A stretch of 62,979 nucleotides of DNA, filler included, from Conidiobolus incongruus B7586 (taxonomy: Eukaryota): assembly GCA_000697335.1 (NCBI GenBank). It is 17 parts of 17 records of this genome, joined end to end, with 100 filler letters (N's around TTAATTAATTAA, not from the genome) between each part and the next. Parts side by side here need not be neighbours in the genome. Positions count along the whole stretch, not along the records: positions 10,391 to 19,515 come from JNEM01004231.1; positions 19,616 to 21,829 come from JNEM01004232.1; positions 21,930 to 25,325 come from JNEM01004233.1; positions 25,426 to 29,126 come from JNEM01004236.1; 13 more parts are not named here. One strand, given 5' to 3'. Position 1 is the first letter of the stretch, and the number at the start of each line of letters is the position of its first letter. The notes under the pieces were generated by a model. It worked only from the letters and a program-made list of their open reading frames with translations, ran no database searches and was not told where the DNA came from. Position numbers and translations under genes: made by a program. Below, piece after piece: positions 12,683 through 27,312 of this stretch.

Positions 12683-15600
12683 ATGGATATAATACCTCCA
12701 AGTGGTAATAATGAGCCACGTATGGATTTTCGTAGTCCTCGTCCTAATGTACCAATAGAAATTCCGTTGAAATCAGCTACTTCTTATACCAACCGTCCTC
12801 AGAGTCCCGACACTTTGCGTAAAGTAAAAACCGATATTAACGCTCCTTCAATGAGTAATACCCCAGAATTTCATACACCATTATCTCCCCAAAGTATAGA
12901 TACTTCCAGTATGAAAGATGCCATTTCGGAAACTGATGCTCCAGTATCCCAATCTCATCCTTTAGGTCCCATATTCGTCTACATTGAGCCTTTTATGGGA
13001 AGTACTTGGTTTAATTATAGTTTGATCATTTCTATGGTGATATTGACATACCTCATGACAAAACTTCGCATGGGTGTAGTCACCTGTCTCGGTTTAGGAT
13101 ATTTAGTTGGTATATTTGAATTCACAATTCATTTGAAGTTAACTAATTCAATTTATTTAGCACAATTATATAAATTATCATGGAAGACAACTTACCTTAA
13201 AGAAAAACAAAACATTAAAGAATCGGTTAACGGTCCCGAATTAGATACCGATTACGAAAGGGCACGTTGGGTCAACCATTTTTTAGATAGATTTTGGAAC
13301 GAATTCGAAAATTATTTGACCAAAACTATCGTTGATAGTGTCGAACCCATTATCACTCCTTATTTACCAAGCTTTGTACCCTGGGTCAAATTTACTACCT
13401 TTACAATGGGAACCAAAGCACCAGTTATTGAATCGATCAAGGGGTTTAGAAGGATTGAAACCGATCTCGTTCTTATGGATGCCGAAGTTTCTTTCACACC
13501 ATACAGTGAAGAAAATTTGAATGAAGATAAAACCAATTTAAAAATTGTAGTCACTACTCGCGTTCAATTTGGCGCTTATCACATCGATATTCCAGTTTAT
13601 CTAGATAACATTAATTTACACGCATTTGCACGGATCAAGCTTCGTTTTATGAATGATTTCCCACATATTAGAATGGTAGAAACCTCCCTTTTAAATGCAC
13701 CAACTTACGATTATAGTATTAAATTGTTTAGTGAGAGATTTGGTTACGACTTAACTAACATTCCCTACCTGCAAACTTTTATTAAAAAGCAAGTGAATGC
13801 TATTTTAGGTCCAATGATGTTCGCTCCCAATAAATTTATTCTCGACCTTGAAGCTATTATGAGTGGTGGCGTTGAAGCTAATTTCCCTATTGGTGTCCTC
13901 CAGATTTACATTGACAGCGCTCGTGGTCTTAAGAATACTGAACTTATTGGTGTCCCTGATCCTTATGTCAGCTTAAATATTGAAGGTCGTCAAGAAATTG
14001 GACGTACTCAAGTTGTTTGGAACAATCTTAACCCTACCTGGGGTGAATCGTTCACTATTTTAGTTCACAGTCTTTCTGAAACTTTAAATTTGAAGGTGAT
14101 GAATCACAATCTTGCCAAACAGTCCAAGATGGGAACTGCACAATTCAATATGAGCTCTTTGCTTACTAATCCTCGTCAAGATCTTGTTACCAAAGTTATG
14201 CGCAACTCTAAGACAGTTGGTGAGCTAGCATTTAGGGTTAATTACTTCCCCGCAGCTGACCCCATCAAGAACGAAGATGGAACTGAACAGGTTATCGAAT
14301 CCGACAGCGCTGTCGTTCGTTTCCATTTAAGGCAGGTCGAAGGCATGAAGAAAGGTGGCAATATCATTAACTTAACAAAGAATCAAGCTCAACTCATTTT
14401 GGATCTCAATGGGAAAGTTCAACATAAATCACCTTTCAAGAATATTTCTGGTAACATGGTTTTCGAGGATACATATGAAACCTTCATCGAGAGTATCAAG
14501 AAAACAAAGGTCAAGGTCATTTTACGTCTTTCAGATCGCTCTGTAATTGGCCACTACTCCTCTACTTTATCTGAAATGATGGCCAGTATTGCCGATAATA
14601 AAGAATGGTTCAATTTCGAGGCCCCAGGTCATGAGGGTAGTCTAAATGTCAAATTAGATGTCAGATCCAAGCCAGTCATTGTCGATCCTAATGCTATTCA
14701 GGGTATCCTTCCTCCCATCGGTTTTGTCAGAGTTGAAGTGATTGAAGCTACAGGACTCAAGGGTGGTGAATTAATTTCAAGTATGATCATGTGCGTTCAT
14801 TCTTAAGCCTCTATTAACTTATAACTTTTAGACCCCGAGCCATATTGTCAAGTTGTTCACTCCAACAAATTAGTTGGCAAGACGCGTTGGTTAGATAACA
14901 CGACTAAACCTGTGTGGAATGATGTGTATTACATCCCTGTCCATGGCGAGAGCGATGCTTTATCCTTCGAGGTAATGCATTTCAACTCAGTTCAAAAAGA
15001 CAAGCTATTAGGTAAAACTAGTGTACCTATTAAACCTTTACTTGGACCCAAATGGGGTTTCAAGGAGGGCTATCAACACGGTGAATCTCACGACGAGTAA
15101 GTTTTTTTTTGAATTATGACAAATTCTTATTAACATTACTATAGATGGTATCCCTTACAAATCAAAGAAGAAAAAGAAAGAGGTAGTATTCATTTGAACT
15201 TGCAATACTTCTCCCTCCATCCTCAATGCCTCAATGATACCAAGCAAGTGGAACAAGTCTTAGACCAAGCCAAAGAAAAAGATAATACAGTTGTCGAAAC
15301 TAAGACTCACGAAACTCAAGATACTCCAGCTGATTCCAATACACTTGCATCTGTCAACCCTGACGAGTTACAAAAAGTTCACGAAGAAATTGAAAATCAA
15401 TTCAAACTTACAGATTACAGTAATTATATTTTGTATATTTATATTTCAACTTAATTTATTCAAATTTATTTTAGATGCTGGAATCCTTCGTATTATTCTT
15501 CATGAAGCTAAAGGTGTTGGAAATGCTAAATCTAACGTTCATGCTGTGATTCTTCTCAATAACAATGAACGTGTCCCAGTTCACAAGACTACATCCAAAC

Positions 15601-17388
15601 GTGGCTCTAACCCCATTTTTGAAGACACCTGTCAGACTTTCATTAAAGAAGTGGATATTGATCGTATTACAGTCAGTATTAGATCTACCAAAGAAGGAGG
15701 TCATGGTAAAGAGTCAGAACTCGCTAGATGGACTGGATCCGTAAAGGAAATTGTTGAGAATCTCTCCGAAGAAAGCAGAACTTTCAATTTTACTAATAAC
15801 ACCATAGGCGAACTTCGACTCAGTTTCAAATTCGATGCCTGTGATTACACGATCAATCCTTCTGAGAGCGGTAGAAACATGGGTATCTTACAAGTCACCG
15901 TTGTCAATGCCGAGAATTTGATTGCCGCGGATAGATCCGGTACCAGTGATCCCTATATCACCTTCACTCTTAATGGTGAAAAGGTTTTTAAGACCGAAAC
16001 CCACAAGAAGAATCTCAACCCTGAATTCAATGAAACCTTCACTGTTGCTATTGAAGATCGTATTCAATCTAAATTTGTCATGGAAGTATTTGACTGGAAC
16101 CAACTTGAGAAGCATAAGAGTTTAGGATCGGCCCAATTAGATCTCTCTTTATTAGATGTTGAAACTCCTTTTGATGTCCCAGTTGAATTAGAAAACGTCA
16201 AATCTGGTATTGTTAATTTAAGAATGTTTTTTGCCCCTCAATATGTCTTAGAGGATGACGAAAAACATGCTCTACCAGGCATGATTTTAGACTCAGGAGC
16301 CCAATTTGCAACAGGACTTGCTAAAGGAGGTGTCAAATTAGCTGCTAGATCGCTCACTGGAGGTGCTTCTCTCGCCGTTGGAACTGGTAAATTCGCTGGA
16401 CAAGCCATTGCTGGTGGTGGCAAATTGGCTATTGGAGGTGCCAAAACTGTCCTCTCCGCACCCATCAATGTCGCCAAGGGTGGTGCTGGTCTAGTTGGTA
16501 GTTTATTAGGTAAAAAGAAGAAAGATAACACTGATTCAGATCGTGAAAGCCGACTTTCCCAAAGTTCTACCCAGCGTCACTCTCTAATATCCCCTCAAGC
16601 TAACACTCCTGTCCATCAAGTTGAATCACATACAGGTAGTTTTATATATTTATTTAATATCTACATCAGTTTATTAATTATTAATTATAGAAACTATAAA
16701 TTCTGAAACTCCAACACTAATGAAAAATAATCAACCATCACATTATAATTCTCAACAACCATCTGTAACCTTCAGTCCTCCACAAACTGATAATAATGTT
16801 GGTGTACCTCTCCATCAGCCTACAAGTACAAATTCTAACATTTCCGATGATTTCAACTCACCTGGCTCTCTCAAACTAACCATTTTTGAAGCTCAAGACT
16901 TAATGGCTGCAGATACTAAGAATAGCAGCTCAGATCCTTACATTAAACTATACATCGGCCGCAAGAATGTGTACAAGACTAAGGTGATCAAAAGGACACG
17001 CAATCCCCAATGGAACGAAGTGTACATCATTCCCAACTATCTGATTTCCGAGCCCATCAGTATCGAATTCCAGGTGAAGAGCTACGCACTCCTCGGTGAT
17101 GGACCCGAATTGGGCCTCTACATCCTCAACACTGGTGATTACATTTCCCCCACCAACACGTCACAAGACTTCTGGGCCTCCAACCTCAATGGAAAAGTCC
17201 GATGTGGTCGCCTTCATCTCAAACTCGAATTCATCCCCCACGGCGTCTACCTTAGTCCCACCTTGGCACGTAACTCTACGTCCAACCTCAGTGAATCTAG
17301 CTTCAATATGAACGACGCCACCGACGGTTCTAAGAGTTCCAAACTTTTCGGCAAGATCAAGAAGGGATTCGGCAGTATCAAAAATTAA
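12683..17388 (+). CDS. TCB: Tricalbin / extended synaptotagmin (TM hairpin, SMP domain, about six C2 domains), ~1481 aa. Exons 12683-13109, 13161-14780, 14832-15096, 15145-15419, 15475-16635, 16691-17388
   Basis: SMP start ERARWVNHFLDRFW..FTMGTKAP; C2 motifs GVLQIYIDSARGL..PDPY, ADRSGTSDPY, SSDPYIK. Five GT-AG introns (51, 51, 48, 55, 55 nt) join the ORF fragments in one frame; spliced length 4446 nt is divisible by 3. Confidence 0.95.
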
Positions 17389-20300
17389 TTTAGCAATAGC
17401 ATTATTTATTTCACAACTCAGTCATTTTAATCCATTAATTAGCTTAATAAAAATAACCTTATTTTTAATGCAATAAATATTCAACATTCAATTTAATTCA
17501 AAATCATTCCAAAATTCAATATATTTTTAAAAACAATTCAATTAAATCCATTATATTGAATATCTGAATATTACTATTGGATCAGTTCAATTTTAAAATT
17601 TACACTATATTTTTTTCTTGTCAATAATTTTTTATTATTGATTGATTCACAAATTTTCAAAGCTGAAATATTACATCAGATTTTGAATAATATACTTGAG
17701 AAATATTTGTAATTTTCTCATGTGTGTGGAATTTTAAATTTCAATACAAGAATATTAGACGAAATTTAAATTGTATTGTATTATCAAAATAATTGAATAT
17801 AACATTAAGTTTGCTTGATTGATATATCTATTATAGTAATTAATTGTTAGTATAAACTCATGCTTGAACTATCTGATCTATATTAATTTTCAATAATAAA
17901 TACAGCACCAGTCCAGGAAAATGCCTGCGAATATTAATTCTTTTTATTCCCCAATTTTGTCATTTTGTATCGTTGATAGATTTTCAATGTTAAATTAAAA
18001 TGGATATTTTTATAATTTATAAATAAATCTTTTGGATAAAATATATTGAAATTGATTTTAATACAAAATATTTACTTTATCTTATGTTTTATACTATATA
18101 TTTTTTACAAATATAAAAATATTTAATACAAATTAAAAAATTGGCCCATGTACTTAATACAATATATTAAAATAATTTAAATCACTTATCATTTTAGAAT
18201 CAAAAATAATATTATATGATTTTATCATATTAATATAATATATTTTCATATTTATAAATTCGATTAAATTGAATTTGAAACCTGATTATTAAATTAAATT
18301 TATACATATTAATGAAAATTATGTGATTGGAACCTTTTTCTTTAACAGAGGTAATATTTTTTAAAATATATATTTATATTCATTTTTTATAATATTAACA
18401 AAGTTGAAAAATATTCCAAAGTATGTTAGAAAAAATTCTGTTATTTTGATATTACAGGGGTTAAAATTGAAATTTAAGATAATAAATTTTACAATCATTA
18501 TATGTAGATAAGGGTCTATGAGATTATGTATTTTAATTTAAATTTGATGAAATCATTAAAGTTGGACTGCGAATATCAAATTTAAGTTATATTAGCTATG
18601 AAATTAATTGAAATTATGTATTAATCATAACATATCAAATTCTATATATCTCAGGTTGTAATAAAGATATATACACTATCAATCATTCATCAATATCAGA
18701 TTCAAATCATTATTTGCTCAAATATGGGATATTTTGAATTAAACAATTGAACAAATGATGCATTTTGATAATATTGACAAAGTATGGCAATAACATAGTA
18801 TATGAACTGTTTATTCATTTAATTAAGGAATATAAGTATTAAAAATAGTTAAAGTATAGTTCAATAAATTAGAATTAAATAATAATTCAATTTTAAAATA
18901 TACTGGATTTTTAATAAATAAATATTATAATCTTTGATTTATATTATATTAAATATATAAAATAGATTAAATTCTAGTTTATAGTTTAAATACCAAGGTT
19001 TATTTACACCAAAAATAGGTCTAATATCATGTTGGCTATATATATAATATTGCCTCAGAATTCTAGTAATAGGAAATTTTTTAATTTTTGATTTTTCAAA
19101 CTTATTATTAATTTTAGAAAAGCAATATATATAATAGGAATATTTTTAAAATTAAATTATATATATTGATATTAAGTGGTTTTTTATGAAAAAAATAACT
19201 TTTGAAAATATATTATATAATTTAATCATATTTAAACCAGGTAATAAATATCAAAATTTTTTAATTTTTATATTTATCAAGTTTAATTATAAATTTTTTA
19301 AAATAATTAAGATTTATAACTTATAAAGATAATATTTTATTTAAATTGATTTTATATTATAAGGTAAACTATTTTATAAATAAAAAACTAATTTTAATTA
19401 CTGTTTTTTTATTATTAAAATAAATGAATTGTTAAAAATTCCTTATTATTTCAATTAACAATAATTATGGTATATTAATATTATATATATAAATATATTA
19501 TATATCAAATTTTAANNNNNNNNNNNNNNNNNNNNNNNNNNNNNNNNNNNNNNNNNNNNTTAATTAATTAANNNNNNNNNNNNNNNNNNNNNNNNNNNNN
19601 NNNNNNNNNNNNNNNTTTAAAATTTAATATATTTTAAATGAAATTAGTTTAATTAATAATAAATTATTGATAATTTAATATAAAATATTCATTTTTAATT
19701 TAATATAATTATTTAATAAGATTAATAATTACCTAATTTGATTGCTTATATTATAATCACTTATATTTGCATAATGTCAGTTTCATTAGTTTTAGATAAA
19801 TATTGGATACTTTTGATATATAAATCTAGTAGTTTTATATAAAATTAATATATAAAGAGGTATATATGAGCTTTACTATATTGAAGTAATATTATATCCT
19901 TTTAACCAGGTAATAAATCATATTTTCATAATAAGCCTGGTTTTTTAAATTTAATTCAAATAAATATATTATATTCATTAAATTAGAATAAAAATTTTTT
20001 TATAATTTTATATAATTTTTTAATTTTAAATTTAACTCATAATTTAATATATATTATCAAGTCATAAGTCAATAAGTATTTGTATATAAACTATACTCTT
20101 TCTATTTTTATTCTTATTTTATATAATTATGTGTTGAAATATTATCAATTAACTTTTATTAATATTATAATAAATTTTATTATTTTAATACACAAAAATA
20201 TGATGTATTAATATTCTGATATATCCGAATTAAATCGTTGTTTATTTTTTAAAAATAATATAATTTAGGTTGAAGATAATTTCTCAATTCTTCTATTTGT

Positions 20301-22063
20301 TTATAAATGGTTACTTCGTAATATTATTTATATCATGATTAATTTATAAGCTTTTTTGGATACTTTATTTGATTAAAACATCTATTAATTTCTGATCTAA
20401 ATTAAAAATATTATAAACATCACTTCTAGTATCCTATATCCAAAACCAATATATAATTAATTCTGATACTTTTTAATAACATAAGTAAATTTTTATTTAT
20501 ATATAAATAATTAATATATAATGAGGAATAAATCGAGACTATTTTATATATAATAATTTTCTCTTTTTTAATATTTTTTTATCAATTTTTAGTTATAATT
20601 ATAATTTAGTTAACTATAATATTATAATATCTTATAACTATATTCAAAATATATTTAAACTTAACTGATGAATATGTCATCTGATTTTAATTCTATTTAT
20701 AATAACACCAAGTTATTGTATTTTATATAAAAATCGATTCAAATATTAGATTTTGATTTAATTAAATATTATCAACTAACTAACAAAATCAAATATTCGT
20801 TTTGGTATGAATAAATATTTTGTTAATTCTTAATATATACGTTAATAGAATTATTTTTCAAATTTGTAAAACAACATATAGTATTATAGCATTATACTTA
20901 CTTTAGGTTATTAATAGACGTTTTTATTATTCTACTCTAGATAACAAAATTATTTATGCAATAAAATAGCTTCAAAATAATAATTAATTATAATATCAAA
21001 TACCACAGTAAGAAATTTAGCTTTATAGATTATTTTTTAATATATTTTATTTTAATTATATTATTAATTTTATATATGACCCTTATTTATACTAAATATC
21101 TTTATTATTTTAACTTGAATATTGATATAGGAATTAAATAATAATATAATATATATACAATTAATATTTTTTTATAATATATAAATTTTTATTTTATATT
21201 TAACAAGCGTGTAATATTTCAGAGTTCTTTATTAACCAATCAATTATGATATTTTATGAATTAATTTAACTAATTTGTAAAAATTTTATTTTATAAATAT
21301 ATTTTTGACTTATATAAAATAATAATAATTTGATACGTTATAATTATATGAATAAAATAGATATGGTAAATCTTTCCTTGTTTCTTAATGTAAAATCATT
21401 GAAAATTAAAATGATATATTATAAAGTCATGATTTAATATAAAAATTACTTTTCAATAAATAATGATAATATCAAAAATTTATAAAATTTTGATAATTAA
21501 TTGGTTTGATTTTGAAATATAAATAAAAAACCATATAATATAATTATAAAATTTATTAATCAATTTTAATTTATAAATAAAATATTTGCTATTATTCAGT
21601 ATAATAGGCATTATTTTATCTTAATTCCTTATTTTGTGTTAATAAGTAAAAATATATATATATAATTTAAAATTTATCAATTATACTCATTTTTATAATA
21701 ATATCTATAATTTATAATATTTTAATAAATTTTATTTAATTTAGTTATTATTCTTTTTAGATTTTATAATCTATAAAATAACTATTCTATATTATTATTA
21801 ATTAATCTAAATTTCAGTTTTATGGTATTNNNNNNNNNNNNNNNNNNNNNNNNNNNNNNNNNNNNNNNNNNNNTTAATTAATTAANNNNNNNNNNNNNNN
21901 NNNNNNNNNNNNNNNNNNNNNNNNNNNNNTTTTTTATTATTTCAAATTTATGATAATAAACTAAAAAAAAGAATAAATTTATTAAAATTATATTTAAAAA
22001 ATTAAATATAAATCTATTAGTTTTTATTTAATAAAATATTACCTAAAGATTTATAATATTTTA

Positions 22064-25000
22064 TATATACTAGCTTATAAAAGTAAGTTATAAAATTAAA
22101 ATTTCTTATATATTTACTTATATCTTAAATAGTTCTTAATTAAATAAATTTAAATTAAAATATATAATTTACCTATATACTAACCTACAAAAATAAGTTA
22201 TAAAATCAAAAACACTTATATTTTTACTAATAACTTAATAAATATTTAATAAATTAAACTTAAATTAAATAACAAAATCTATTATATTTATTAATTATAT
22301 ATATTATTAAATAATGATATATAATTATTAATTAGCTAAAATATAAACTTTTAGATTTTACCTAAGATAAGTTATAAATTTGTGGGTTTTTAGTGATAAA
22401 AAATATTAAAACCTAGTATATTTACCTTTAGCTTTTCTAATTTCTTTAAGTTTATAGGGTATAGAATCAACTAACTTTTTATATTCAGAAGGGTTAATCT
22501 TATTCTATGCTTCTTAAATATATTTTTAAAGTTGATTTAAATTTTTTGCTAAAGGGAAAACTTTAATAGTTTTTTTTAACTAATCCTAAAGATATTTAAT
22601 TAGATTAAAATTAAAAGATTAAAAAAGCTACTTTATAACTATTATCTTATTATTTTTAAGTTATTTGGTAGTAAAAGCTATAATATAACAAGAGGTATTA
22701 TCTTATTAGAAAATAACATTAAATTTGTTTAACCTATACTATTCAATGGTTTTTTTCAATTCATTGTTTAAAATACTTTACTATATTTTAGCATTAATTC
22801 CCCTATTAATTTTATAAAAATACTTTATACTTAATGATAATATATATCCCTAAATAATAATTAACCTATTATTATATTTTTGGGTAAAATTAATATAATA
22901 GTCACAAAGTAATTTTATATCTTTTCTGAAGCATTTAGTTTTTTTATTAGAATTACTAAAGTATATTTTTGTTTTATTAAATTAAATAACTTTACTCTAA
23001 TTAGTTTTAGTTTAATATTAGTGATAATATTTAAATTCTTATCTAGTTTTACAATAGGATTTTTTTAGTTAAGGGTGTTTTTTCTTAAAATGTAAGTAGT
23101 ATCTATGATAATATAAAACGTATATAATAATATTTGTGCTAACTAATATTCTTATATAGTTTTATAGTTCCTGCTATATTTTTATAATAATAATATATTT
23201 ACCTATATTAATCAACCTATAAATATACTTCTTATTATATTCATCTATAATTTTAACAAACTTAAGTTTAAGTTTAAATGTTTTTTTATTGCTATTCTTA
23301 ATAACTTTAGCTATAGTAGATTAATTAACACTAGTAATTCTAATAATATCATAAGTTGATTTACCTTCTTTATAAAGTTAATTAATACACAAGTAGATTT
23401 TTTTAAAGAGCAGTTTAAATATAATAATACTAATAAAAAAAATTAGTATATCTGTAAAATATTATATAAAATAATAACAAAAAAAGAAAAAAGATATGGT
23501 TATATATTATTATATATATCCTTTTATCTCAAAAACCCACAAATTTATAACTCACCTTAGTTAAATATTAAAGTTAATATTTTTGCTAATAATTTACTAA
23601 AAATATCTAAATATATTTATTTATTATTAAATAATATATTTTAATCATATATTATAGTTTCAAGTAATATAAAATATATAAAATTGTTTTAATTATTAAT
23701 TAAAATATATATATTTTTAATTTTATAATTTATTTTTATAGGTTACTATATTAGTTAATTATAAATAACTATATTTGATTATATTTTATTAACTATTAGT
23801 TAATATATTAAAACCTAAAATTTAACTAAAATGGGCTATAAATTTTTAGGTTTATATATTAAAAAGGTATAAATAATAAAACTTATATATATCTTGTTTT
23901 TTTTTGTTATATTATAGATATTATAAAATTATTAAGCTAATATTTTAAAATAATAATTATAATACTTAAATCTCTCTTTAAAAAAGTTTATTTTTATATT
24001 AATCAACTTTATAATAAAAATAAATCAACTTATAAAATTGCTAGGATTACTAATATTAGCTAATTTATTATAGTTAGGGTTATTAAGAATAATGTTAAAA
24101 AAACACCTAAACTAAAACTTAAGTGTATTAAAATTATAGATAAACATAATAAAAAGTATATTTATTGATTAGTTAATATAAGTAAATATAATATTATTAT
24201 AGAAATATAACAAGAATTATAAAATTATACAAAAATATTAATTAGTATTAATATTTTTATATATATATTTTAAATTACAATAGATATTCCTTATACTTTA
24301 AGAAAAAACACCCCCAATTAAAAAAATCTTATTATAAAGTTAAACAAGAGTTTAAATACTAATATTAAAGTTGAACTAAAACTAACTAGAGTAAAGTTAT
24401 TTAGTTTAATAAAACAAAAATATACTTTAGTAGTTCTAATAAAAAAACTAAATAATTTAAAAAAAATAAAGAATTATTTTATAACCATTATGTTATTATA
24501 ACCTAAAAATATAATGATAGGTTAATTATAATTTAAAAATGTATATTATCTTTAAGTATAAAATATTTTTATAGAGTTAATAAAGGAATTAATGCTAAAA
24601 TATACTAAAGTATTTTAAACAATGAATTGAAAAAAACTACTAAATAATATAAGTTAAATAAATCAAATATTATTTTCAAACAAGATAATACCCCATTTTA
24701 TATTATAAAATTTATTTTTAAATGGCTTAAAAATAACAAAATAACTATTATAAAATAGCATCCTTAATTTTTTAATTTTAACCTAATTAAATATCTTTAG
24801 AATCAAATAAAAAAATTAATTAAAGCTTTCCCCTAGCAAAAAATTTAGATTAACTTTAAGAATATATTGAAAAAGCTTAGAATAATATTAATCCTGCTTA
24901 ATATAAGAAGCTAGTTGTTTTTATACCCTATAAACTTAAAGAAGTTAGAAAAACAAAAGATAGATATATTAGATATTAATTTTTCTATCAATATTAAAAC

Positions 25001-25212
25001 TTGCAAATCTATAAATTATCTTAGCTATATTTTTAATTTTAATATATCAATTAATAATTAATTAAATCTAACTTTAAATATTATATTATAAATAAAAATT
25101 ATATATTAATTACATAGTTTAATATAAATTTATTTAAATTAAAATTGATCAAAATATTAATAGAAATATTTATATTTTTAATTTTATGACTTATTTTTAT
25201 GGGCTAGTATAT
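22064..25212 (+). mobile_element. Tc1-family relic whose left TIR is split by an inserted second Tc1 copy
   Basis: 22064-22175 joined to 23751-23870 matches the reverse complement of 5490-5722. Transposase remnant IFKQDNTP at ~24672. Right end ttatttttatgggctagtata at ~25212. Confidence 0.85.
22176..23750 (-). mobile_element. Tc1-family relic, full length (~1.57 kb), nested insertion
   Basis: Ends tatactaacctacaaaaataagttataaaa and ttttataatttatttttataggttactata. Minus-strand VIF**DNTSCY (=FQQDNAPCH) at ~22685-22718. Confidence 0.9.
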
Positions 25213-27312
25213 ATATTACCTATTTTAATTAAATATTTAAAATATTTGAAATTTAATATATTATTCAAAGTAATATATATCTTCATAAATTATTATTCAT
25301 TTATGTATTTTCATACTTAATAATANNNNNNNNNNNNNNNNNNNNNNNNNNNNNNNNNNNNNNNNNNNNTTAATTAATTAANNNNNNNNNNNNNNNNNNN
25401 NNNNNNNNNNNNNNNNNNNNNNNNNTTATTAAATACCATTTTAATTAAAATAATGTATTAATATAGATATTATGTTAATTTTTATATATAATTAAAATTT
25501 AAAACTATTAAAATATTATTAAATTTTATTTAATTGGCTATATATGTATAAAACTTATATAAACCAAATTCTTTATATTATATTTTTTGTTTTAAATAAA
25601 AAAACTATTTTATATTATTATAATTAGAATATTAAAATTATTAAATGCTAGTTAATGATTTTTCTGAATAATTAATGTTAATTATTTTTGCCAATAATAG
25701 TACTTTAATAAATAGTATTTCTTTAATTAATATTGAATTAATATTATAAGTTACATTATATAATGAAAAAAGTAATTTATTGCCTAATTTGTCAGCATTT
25801 TCAAAAATTATATTAATCAAAAATAATTGAAATTAATAGAATAATTTTTGATTTTATAACCCCTTGTAAATTTTATATTTTCAAAATTTCCATAAATTTT
25901 AATATTAGAATATATAGAACTTAACATAAATAACTAAATATTTTAAATGAATAAATAATTAATTTTTTATTAATCTATCTCAAAATAATTTTAATAATTT
26001 TGTAAGTTAAAATTACAGATAGAAATTAATTGATCATTAATATAAGGTCTGATAAGTAATATAAAGCTTATCTTTTAATACAACAAAAATTGTTAAAAAG
26101 TTAATTAATCCATTTATATTAATATAATGTTATAAATCCCTGAACCAGTCTTTTAAATGAAATTATCTTTTTGAAATAGTGTTGATAATTAAAAAACCTT
26201 ATAAATCAATCAATTTTCATATATCAAATCCAAATGCTTAAAGTTAGTGAATTTTACTGAATTAAATCAACAAAACTTCATTATACTATTGAATATTTTA
26301 TATCAAAAAAGTAAATTTTAAAACATTAGTACATTAATTAATCTATCACAATAGCTGTTATAAAGCGCTCTATCACAAATACCAAACTCATGAAACAATT
26401 ATTAATAAGAGGCTTTACTTATAAACCACCTGTTTTAAATACAAATATCTTTCAAATTTATCATTTCTTAAACTTCAAATTCTTACTTTCCTTGGAATGA
26501 TATAATATATATTAAACTCCACAGCACAAAATACTTATTCAAATCTTTAATGCTGAGATAATTGTTAAAATAAACACAAATTAAAACTAAATTAATATTC
26601 TGAATATCATTCGAATATTTGATTCACTATTCCTGTGTTGAATTTTACATTTTACAATAGGCTATTATTCATCAATGATTCAAAATTGTATCGTACTGTG
26701 ATGGACAATATATGATGTTAGCAGTGGTTAGATTAGATTTGTAGCTATTGTTGAATTATTAATTATTTTGTAAAAAATTTTATAACTATTATGAATAGTA
26801 GATATATCTAAGGAAACCATGATTAATTTTTTATGATTTAATGTTAATTTGAAAACGAATTAAACAGTCCTGCCTAATTACTTTTGAAAAGTATAGTTTC
26901 TTAAAGTCTAATAAAATATATAAATAGCTTTATAATAGTTGGTAAAATGATATTAAAATGGTCTTTGGACTTGAATATTTAATCAATTAATTTAATAATT
27001 ATATCTGTGGAAAATTGTCAATTTGATAAATTCAATTACAATTTTTCAATTCAAAATATTCGGAACAATGTATACCTTATAGAGGTAGTATTAACTCATT
27101 TTTGATATTGATTGAGTTTCAATCGACATCATTTATAGGCTAATAACATCATTTTTAAATCATATTATTGGACAATTAGGTCATATCTGATTAGCCAATG
27201 ACTTTTCAGAATTCTAATCATGGTATCACTTCAATAACATTTCCTATATAAACAGAAAGTCATAGATGAGGTCATTAGTTGTTATTTGATTTTACGTTAA
27301 AATACTTTAGAA

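Noticed and set aside
13332..17311. Short overlapping or antisense ORFs in tricalbin (likewise in VDAC, homeobox, JmjC and trypsin)
   Set aside because: Shadow frames of real exons; 27614-27829 and 27883-28197 are off-frame readings of VDAC.
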